Assembly (NCBI GenBank): GCA_037190965.1
Contig: JBBCKI010000048.1
Location: forward strand, 32,001 to 96,000
DNA from: Chthoniobacteraceae bacterium
GTDB taxonomy: Bacteria > Verrucomicrobiota > Verrucomicrobiia > Chthoniobacterales > Chthoniobacteraceae
Reading direction: 5' to 3'
DNA length: 64,000 nt
Of the stretch, positions 21,076-27,985 are shown piece by piece; position 1 is the first letter of the stretch; every line of letters starts with the position of its first letter. Both the position numbers and the translations under genes were made by a program. The notes beneath the pieces were generated by a model that saw only the letters and a program-made list of their open reading frames with translations, was not told the DNA's origin and did not search any database.

Positions 21076-21914
21076 GGTGAAAGAATCGCGTCGGCCACTC
21101 GAAGCGCCTCCACATTGGGTTTCACGTCATGAACCCGAAGCACCTGCGCCCCCAGTTCACGACCCAGGCTTGTCATCGCCACCGTGGGCCAGAGCCGCTG
21201 CTCAGGATCGCTGTTGTCGGTCAGCTTCCCAAGAAATGATTTCCGGGAAACTCCGAGGACGATGGGCCGTTCTGCCGCCCGCAAGTCTTCCAACCGCCGC
21301 AGCAGCATCAGATTGTGCGCCTGCGTTTTTCCAAAACCGATTCCCGGATCCAATGCGATGCACTCGGCAGCAATGCCCGCCCCGACTGCCCGCAAATACC
21401 TTTGCCTGAGGAACTCCCTTACCTCCGGGATCAGGTCGCCGTACCATGGACCATCCTGCATATTTTTAGGGGTACCCTTCATGTGCATCAGGACAATCCC
21501 AGCACCGCTCTCCGCAATAACCTTGAGCATCTCGGGATCGCGGAGCGCCGTGATGTCGTTGACGATCTCCGCACCCCGTTCCACGGCGGCGCGCGCCACG
21601 GCGGGCTTGTACGTGTCGATCGAGATGGCGGCTTTCAGGCGACCCTGGAGGAGTTCCAGAACCGGAATCACCCGGGCGAGTTCCTCCTCTTCCGACACGG
21701 GGTCCGAGCCGGGGCGGGTCGATTCCCCGCCAATGTCGATGATTTCCGCCCCCTCGGCCTCCATCTGCAAGGCATGTTCAACGGCCGCCTCAGGGGCCTT
21801 AGGGGAACCAAAACACCCCGCGTCAGAGAACGAATCGGGCGTCAGGTTGAGAATGCCCATGATCGCCCCGCGCGAGCGGAAGTCGAATTCGCGATTTTTG
21901 GTCTTCCAAATCAT
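21072..21914 (-). CDS. folP: Dihydropteroate synthase
   Basis: MGILNLTPDSFSD, DIGGESTRPG, DPGIGFGK, SRKSF, RVHDV; start at MIWK. Confidence 0.96.
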   Translation of the reverse strand: MIWKTKNREFDFRSRGAIMGILNLTPDSFSDAGCFGSPKAPEAAVEHALQMEAEGAEIIDIGGESTRPGSDPVSEEEELARVIPVLELLQGRLKAAISIDTYKPAVARAAVERGAEIVNDITALRDPEMLKVIAESGAGIVLMHMKGTPKNMQDGPWYGDLIPEVREFLRQRYLRAVGAGIAAECIALDPGIGFGKTQAHNLMLLRRLEDLRAAERPIVLGVSRKSFLGKLTDNSDPEQRLWPTVAMTSLGRELGAQVLRVHDVKPNVEALRVADAILSP

Positions 21915-22049
21915 CGTTTCAAAGTTTCGAATTGAAGTCACGGTTCCCTGGCAGCCGCGCGAAAGGGGTCCGGTAGGTTTATTAAATTGAGGATCGAGGC
22001 GACTCAAGCGGCAACGGTCGTCTTTCCGTATCAAAACAGAACGAAGCTC

Positions 22050-23210
22050 ATGCACACAATCACCAATCAGCCTTCTTCTCACCGTAATTTTCCTCCATTT
22101 AGCCTGACGCGCCTCCTAAAAACAGTTTTTGCGCCAAAAGCCGGTGAACGGATCTGCATTTTGATCGATCTCGCCGATCCTCGGGACGTCAAGGACTTCG
22201 GCTTCCTCCGGAACCCTGCGCTGACCATCCAGCGCCATGCTTACGAGGATTTCTACCAGACCCTCAAAAACGGCGGCATGGCAGAGATGGGGCTCACCGG
22301 GGGCGACTTCTACGCCTACGAAATCACCGGCGGCAGCAATCTCGACCTGCCGGACGCAGCCTTTGCCCCGGATGGCCGGGAACTCTCCCTTGAGCGGGAC
22401 ATTTACCCGAACTACGATCTCATCCTCTGCATCTCCACCTATTCGGCCACCGCGCCGCTGACCGCTTTTGCGAAAAAGTACGGCTTCCGGGGGGCGACGC
22501 TCCACGGAGTCAACGCGATCATCCTCGGCTCCGGCCTCGCGGTCAATTACGACGAGGTGAGCCGCGACGCGGAGAAACTGCGCCTCGGGATGACCAAGGC
22601 CGACGCCGTGGAGATCGACTTTGACGTGGAAGGCCACCGCCACACCCTGCGCCTCGAACTCGCCGGGCAAGAGGCGCAGAAGAGCCACGGCCTCTGCCGG
22701 GGCGGCCCCGACGTTGCCAACCTCCCGGCGGGCGAAATCTACTACGTCCCCGCAGGCGCGGAGGGCGAGTTCCCGATGAAGTACGAAGACGGCACGCTCG
22801 GCCTGATGCGCGTCACCGGCGGGCGAATCGTGGAAGCCACGCTCATCAACGGCGACGCCAAAACCATCGAGGCACACAACGCCAAGCTGAAGAGCGACCC
22901 CGTGACCGGCGAACTCGGCGAGCTCGGTTTCGGCACGCAGGTCCTCCCCGTCTCAGGCCGCGACATTCAGGATGAAAAGGTGCTCGGCACGCTCCACGTC
23001 GCCACCGGCCGTAGCGATCATCTGGGAGGCAAACTGACGCCGGACCGTTTCGCCAACAAAATGAACGCCACCCACGACGACATCCTCTTCGCCCCGCACA
23101 AAACCCCCGAGGTCAACGTCACCCAGGCGCGGATGTTCAAAAACGGCGAAGTGAAGATCCTCATCGAGAACTTCGAACCTCGCTATATGCAGGAATTGCT
23201 GGAGGCGTAG
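22050..23210 (+). CDS. M29-like aminopeptidase / metallohydrolase
   Basis: NLPAGEIY, GELGELGFG, QDEKVLGTLHVATG, HDDI metal-ligand motifs. Confidence 0.65.
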   Translation: MHTITNQPSSHRNFPPFSLTRLLKTVFAPKAGERICILIDLADPRDVKDFGFLRNPALTIQRHAYEDFYQTLKNGGMAEMGLTGGDFYAYEITGGSNLDLPDAAFAPDGRELSLERDIYPNYDLILCISTYSATAPLTAFAKKYGFRGATLHGVNAIILGSGLAVNYDEVSRDAEKLRLGMTKADAVEIDFDVEGHRHTLRLELAGQEAQKSHGLCRGGPDVANLPAGEIYYVPAGAEGEFPMKYEDGTLGLMRVTGGRIVEATLINGDAKTIEAHNAKLKSDPVTGELGELGFGTQVLPVSGRDIQDEKVLGTLHVATGRSDHLGGKLTPDRFANKMNATHDDILFAPHKTPEVNVTQARMFKNGEVKILIENFEPRYMQELLEA

Positions 23211-23277
23211 AAATTCACGACTCTCGGATTAACGGCAGCCCAGCACCGTCCGCTGGCTGCCGAGGGGGGGGGGCCTT

Positions 23278-23436
23278 GGTGCGGCAGCACGGTAGCCCGC
23301 TCGCGCCGTCGAGCGCGGGTATCGGCTCCCGTAGCTTCATGAGGGCCTCATCCCAACACCGATAACCCGTCCTGCGGGGATGGGCGTCAAACGCGGCTCT
23401 TCGCCGATCCCGCGCTCTCGGCGAGAGCGGGCTACC
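23278..23436 (+). repeat. Family B REP doublet, copy 2
   Basis: GGTAGCCCGCTCGCGCCG...CGGCGAGAGCGGGCTACC. Confidence 0.88.
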
Positions 23437-24177
23437 CGTCCCCCAAATCGATTGCGTTTCCGTCACGCATCCGATCGGGCGAAGCTCTGGCCCTTTCCTT
23501 GGTGCTCGCCATCTCTACTGGATTTTCAAGGGATGTTCGCTTTCAGGACCTTCAGATTAGCAGGCCAACAGAATGGACTATTGCTTCACCTGAGCGTTCG
23601 AATGCGTAGGCAGCTCGGTCGCGGAAACACTGATGCTTCGCAGTGCAGATGGCACCATGTAGATTACTGCTCAAAAGTTACCCCAGCGAATTTTCAATCA
23701 GATAATGGAAGCAATGAAGAAGGAATTTGTCGAAATCGGCTTGGAAAGACGCAAAATGACAAGCTTACGGCATAGCTCGCTTTAATCAGTGGTTCCTTAG
23801 GCAATATTGCTGGCTACCCCTTCTCCATCTTTCAATTCCTCCGATTCCAATAACACTCCAGGGCTATTCAATTTCCAACATTACAGAGCTACTTCTCGCT
23901 TCTATTCACTTCAAAAACCGCGCGCAACTGCGTGGCAATCGCGAGGACGTTCCGCCAGCGCCCTCCCCTTTTGACCTTGACTATAGAGCGGGCAAAGTTG
24001 TGTAACGTACCCAGATTCATGGCGGAAGGAAGAAAGCCTCTTTCCACCAGGAAGGGAGCATCCCAAAAACGAAGGTTTGATAATAATATGAAAAGGAAGG
24101 CCAACAAAACGGATCGATGGAAACTACAGATGGGCGCGCAAGCAGTACGCCCCCCGCGAAGCACAAACTGGTTTAAG

Positions 24178-26151
24178 ATGCTTCCGACTATCATCTTAAA
24201 CATTGCCGCTGCTTCATCGGCAATGGCGTCTGCTTGGACAGGTGAAGGCACAAACAGCTATTTCGACAATCCCGTCAACTGGAGCAGCGGCGTCCTGCCT
24301 TCAAGCAATGGTGCTAGCGCGGTGTTTGATCGGCTCGCGAGTGTGGAATTCCGAGCATCCGGCGGAGCCTCCTCCCTTTTCATAGGCCAGTCCACGAGTT
24401 TTCTTCTCCAGGGGCGGACATTTTCGACCTCCTCTACCTATATTAATCAGAAAGCATTTTTTACCATAGATGGCGGAATGGCCTCTCTGGGTGACGTCAG
24501 CCTATCCGGCGGAATTACGGCAAAAGGCGCCGGAACGATCGTGTCCGCAGGTTCCATCCAAGGTGAAGGCTCCGGCGTAAGTATCTTGCAATTCAGCAAT
24601 GGCGCTATTTTAAGCGCCGATTCTGTTTCCGGCGTAAAGTCCATCCAGTTTCTCTCCGGTGCCGTGGGCGACGTGGGAGGCCTTGGGCTTATGCAGGGGC
24701 AATCCCTGGTGGTAAGCGGGGCAGGAACAAGCCTTGGCGTTTCTTCTCTCTCCAACAATGGAGGCCAAGTTTCGCTTAGCGCCGGAGCGCAACTGAACTC
24801 GACTGGATACAACGCAATTGGAAACCTCTCGGTTTCCGGAGCTGGAAGCCAATTTATCGGCGAATGGTTGACCGATGCCAGATCGGTCTCCATTAGTGAT
24901 GGAGGCAGTCTTTCTGTCCTAGGTGTTGATTTCAGCTACGGTGGTCAACTTACTGTTTCCGGTCCGGGCAGCAGCCTTTCGAGCCGTCACCTTACCGGTT
25001 CGGTGGACATTAACATTTCCAATGGAGGCTCCATCACGGCAGTAGAAACTCAAAATCTGGGCAGCCTTTCGATTTCGGGTGGAAGTTCAAGCTACAAGAG
25101 TTCCAGTACAACCAGAATCAAGGATGTATTTTCCCTCCGTGATGGCGCCAGCATGTCGGTTCAGCAGTTAAATCTTTCGGGCGCCTCTTCCATCCAGAAT
25201 GCTGTTCTGATCGCCAATCAAATTGATAACTCAGGTGCCCTGGAGATCCGGGAAAGCAGCATCGCTCCTCGCGACAAGGGCGGCGCATTCACCAACTCCG
25301 GTTCCCTAACCGGAGATTTCGCCTCCGAATACCAGTTGAACAATTTCGGTCACGTATCCATCGAACGCGAGGATTCGATGGTGTTTCGAAGAGGCGGAAA
25401 CTATTCCATCGGCTATATCAACGTACGCGGTTCGATGGAGTTCCTTGAATATTTCACCAATGACGGCACGATTGTGCTTTCCGGGTCGCTCCGGGCCAAT
25501 GACTTGCTTACCAACCAGCGCACGATTGAAGTCAGCGGTACGGCCAGTATTGGGGGTGGAGATTTCTACAACAACACGTCGGGTTCGGTCGCCGTACTCG
25601 GGCAGTCCAGGGTGAATTTCCTGGATGACGTCGTGAACGATGGCACGATCGCAATCGCCCTTGATTCAACGGCCGTTTTCCATGGGAGTTATTCCGGCAA
25701 CGGTTCGATTACCGGTACGGGAACTTCGGTTTTGCTCGGCGATCTCCGCCCCGGCCATAGCCCCGGCAGTCAAACCTTCGAAGGCGATGTCGTTTTTGGA
25801 GATGATTTCAGCTACACCGTCGAAATTGGCGGGCTTACTCAGGGAAGCGAGTATGACGTCATCCACGTTGGCGGTCTTCTCACTCTGGATGGAACCCTCT
25901 CCATTTCGCTATTGAACGGCGTTTCCTTGAAACAAGGAGATACTTTCGAGATTCTAACCTTCGGAGCGATTGAGGGAGAGTTCGCCGCGTTTCAGGGCCT
26001 TACGTTTGAGGGCCTCTCTTTCGAAACCATCTGGGGCGCGAATAATTTGACGCTTATGGTGATTCCCGAGCCGAACGCGGCGACCCTGCTGCTCCCTGGC
26101 TTGGCTGGCGTCATCGCCTTCGGCTGGCGTCGTCGCTGGAAGCAATCTTAG
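24178..26151 (+). CDS. PEP-CTERM surface protein with T5SS/PEP-CTERM-associated beta repeats
   Basis: Signal-like MLPTIILNIAAASSAMASA-WTG, repeated VSGAGS units, PGHSPG, VIPEP + TM + RRR; start may be further upstream (24088/24130). Confidence 0.88.
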   Translation: MLPTIILNIAAASSAMASAWTGEGTNSYFDNPVNWSSGVLPSSNGASAVFDRLASVEFRASGGASSLFIGQSTSFLLQGRTFSTSSTYINQKAFFTIDGGMASLGDVSLSGGITAKGAGTIVSAGSIQGEGSGVSILQFSNGAILSADSVSGVKSIQFLSGAVGDVGGLGLMQGQSLVVSGAGTSLGVSSLSNNGGQVSLSAGAQLNSTGYNAIGNLSVSGAGSQFIGEWLTDARSVSISDGGSLSVLGVDFSYGGQLTVSGPGSSLSSRHLTGSVDINISNGGSITAVETQNLGSLSISGGSSSYKSSSTTRIKDVFSLRDGASMSVQQLNLSGASSIQNAVLIANQIDNSGALEIRESSIAPRDKGGAFTNSGSLTGDFASEYQLNNFGHVSIEREDSMVFRRGGNYSIGYINVRGSMEFLEYFTNDGTIVLSGSLRANDLLTNQRTIEVSGTASIGGGDFYNNTSGSVAVLGQSRVNFLDDVVNDGTIAIALDSTAVFHGSYSGNGSITGTGTSVLLGDLRPGHSPGSQTFEGDVVFGDDFSYTVEIGGLTQGSEYDVIHVGGLLTLDGTLSISLLNGVSLKQGDTFEILTFGAIEGEFAAFQGLTFEGLSFETIWGANNLTLMVIPEPNAATLLLPGLAGVIAFGWRRRWKQS

Positions 26152-26177
26152 GGCAGAATCGAGTTCGCACGCAAGCG

Positions 26178-26523
26178 GGGTAGACTCTTCGGGCGTCGAC
26201 CCGATTGAACACACGTCCGGGCAAAGCCGGTGTTCCGTTCCATGCTGGAACGGGAAGAATCGGCGGTTTCCGGTCTTTACTCCAAACGCTTGTACCGGTA
26301 ATGTTTGGGTGTTCGGCAATAGTCGAATCGGGGTGTAAGAGCCCCGCCAAAGCGGTTCGGTATTGACCGGAACAATGCCGTCTTCTCGTCCTCAAAAAGG
26401 TCGGGGAGACGGCGACGCATGTCCAGGCTGTGGCCTCGCGCCACGGCTAAAGGTCGTCGTGGCTGTCTTTGGCGGTCTCTTAACTCCCCGACCACCTTGA
26501 GAAATCAAGGTGGTCGCTTTGTT
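26178..26523 (+). ncRNA. Candidate large structured RNA / attenuated leader (unidentified family)
   Basis: At least 8 helices whose non-Watson-Crick pairs are mostly G-U on the + strand; four-way junction 26329-26490; terminator at the 3' end. Confidence 0.6.
26489..26523 (+). terminator. Intrinsic terminator closing the candidate RNA, upstream of the SLOG gene
   Basis: CGACCACCTTGA-GAAA-TCAAGGTGGTCG then CTTTGTT. Confidence 0.7.
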
Positions 26524-26544
26524 AACCGCCCAGACGGACCGACC

Positions 26545-27219
26545 ATGAATGACGATCCCTTTATTCCCACCTCCGAAACCGTGACAGTTGCGCAGGGCTG
26601 TCAGGAAGAGATGCCCCTTGAAGCATTGTTCAGGATTTCGACCTGCTACGCGGGTATTGGCTCCAGAAACACCCCGCGTCCAGTCCTGATCCTTATGGGC
26701 GAGATTGCCATGATGCTGGCCGACTACGGCTTGATTCTTCGGAGCGGAGGAGCCCCCGGAGCAGACACCGCCTTTGAAAATGGGTGCGATCGGAGGGGCA
26801 GAAAGAAGGAAATCTTCCTTCCGTGGAAAAGGTTCAATAATCACCCGTCCCCTTTCTTCGATCCTCCTGAAGACGCCCGGATACTCGCCTCCTTTTGCCA
26901 TCCAAACTGGACGGCTTGCGGATCTACCGCTCGTAAGCTTCACGCCAGAAATTGCCAACAGGTGGTTGGTCTTCATCTGAACGACCCGGTGGATTTCGTC
27001 CTCTTGTGGGCTCCCGAAGAGAGCGGCCGGGTTAAAGGAGGCACGGCCACCGCCGTGAACCTCGCCCGACGAATGAAGATTCCGACCTTCAATTTGTGGG
27101 ATGAATCCACCTATGAACGGTGGAAGGAAATGATAGCCACCCATCAGAGACGCCAGGAACTCCTCTGGCGCCGCATTCTTTCGTGGTTGGGAAATAGGGA
27201 AGGCGAGGACCATGACTGA
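26545..27219 (+). CDS. DprA-like / SLOG-superfamily protein (short, phage-type)
   Basis: YAGIGSRNTP, LRSGGAPGADTAFE, IFLPW, LHARN, GGTATAV, IPTFNL; start uncertain. Confidence 0.8.
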   Translation: MNDDPFIPTSETVTVAQGCQEEMPLEALFRISTCYAGIGSRNTPRPVLILMGEIAMMLADYGLILRSGGAPGADTAFENGCDRRGRKKEIFLPWKRFNNHPSPFFDPPEDARILASFCHPNWTACGSTARKLHARNCQQVVGLHLNDPVDFVLLWAPEESGRVKGGTATAVNLARRMKIPTFNLWDESTYERWKEMIATHQRRQELLWRRILSWLGNREGEDHD

Positions 27220-27461
27220 TCCCTCACTCAAGCAGCATGGATCATGTCCTTGATCTCCGTTTAAAATACTGGTGTCCGAGTCCTCATTTTTTGGCGAACA
27301 CCAAGAATCAGGCACCGGCAATTGAACCAAAAGGTACTGAGATCGCCGCAAGATCGGCAAGATTGCCTGAAAGGGAGATATTGAACTCCGAAGTTCACTC
27401 AATTGTTGAATGGACTCGACCCCTCTCCAATACTCTGGGAACCCATCTCGCCTAAGGCACA

Positions 27462-27779
27462 ATGAAAGAATCTGATTAGAAGATTTTCAGCCGGGAGCTT
27501 TATCCGTCCGCGCGCACCCGGTATTCGCAAAAGACGCTTGATGATCTGGCAGCGCTCTCTGCGAATAGCGAAAAGGATCCTCACGAAAGATATCTCGATA
27601 TTTCCGAGCTAATCCGAAAGAGAAATAAGGAAATCGCCCAGATATTCGCCAGTCTCTCACGTTCGAGTGCCTTTTTGGGGTTTCAAATTTACTCCCGAAA
27701 CCTGATCACCGAAAATCAGTTGATGAAACTATCCCCGGAAACCCGCGCCAGTCTGCATTCACAAATTGAGAAAAGGTGA
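27462..27779 (+). pseudogene. Conserved ~105-aa helical hypothetical protein with a premature stop
   Basis: MKESD*KIFSREL...HERYLDISELIRKRNKEIAQIF..SRSSA...SPETR; TAG at 27477 where I recall W in homologs (ESDWK). Confidence 0.65.
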
Positions 27780-27798
27780 GCCTTCGGCTGCAAGGAGT

Positions 27799-27961
27799 GC
27801 GGCGTCGCGGAGCTCCGCCCTCCGTTGGGGGGTGTTGCCACATCGGAAGAACCTCTCGCCCTGCGCGCGCTTGCCGCGCGGGAGAGGGAGGGCGGAGTTC
27901 CACGACGCCGCCTGTGGCCAAAGGCCCTTTACTTCTTCTTCTCAACCACTCGTGGTTGTGC
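27799..27961. repeat. Family C REP doublet, copy 1
   Basis: GCGGCGTCGCGGAGCTCCGCCCTCC...GGAGGGCGGAGTTCCACGACGCCGC plus a ~50-bp tail shared with 63897-64000. Confidence 0.85.
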
Positions 27962-27985
27962 CGCCTTTTCGAGGTTGAAAGGAAA

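Noticed and set aside
23264..23273. Poly-G tract as a phase-variation site
   Set aside because: Intergenic, between a hairpin and a REP; not in a CDS or an evident promoter
23500..23790. Possible gene in the AT-richer gap
   Set aside because: Only short protein-like fragments interrupted by stops; cannot be assigned
26500..26517. T-box-like AATCAAGGTGGTCGC
   Set aside because: Lacks the TGGNACC core and forms the 3' arm of a terminator; no stem I or specifier loop; the downstream gene is not amino-acid related
26178..26523. tmRNA, RNase P, SRP or retron identity for the structured RNA
   Set aside because: No T-arm/CCA end, no GAGGAAAGTCC, no SRP domain IV motif, and no reverse transcriptase nearby
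26392..27462. 356-aa minus-strand ORF and the 26419 upstream start of the SLOG gene
   Set aside because: The ORF is antisense to a motif-bearing gene; the N-terminal extension would run through the RNA structure and terminator
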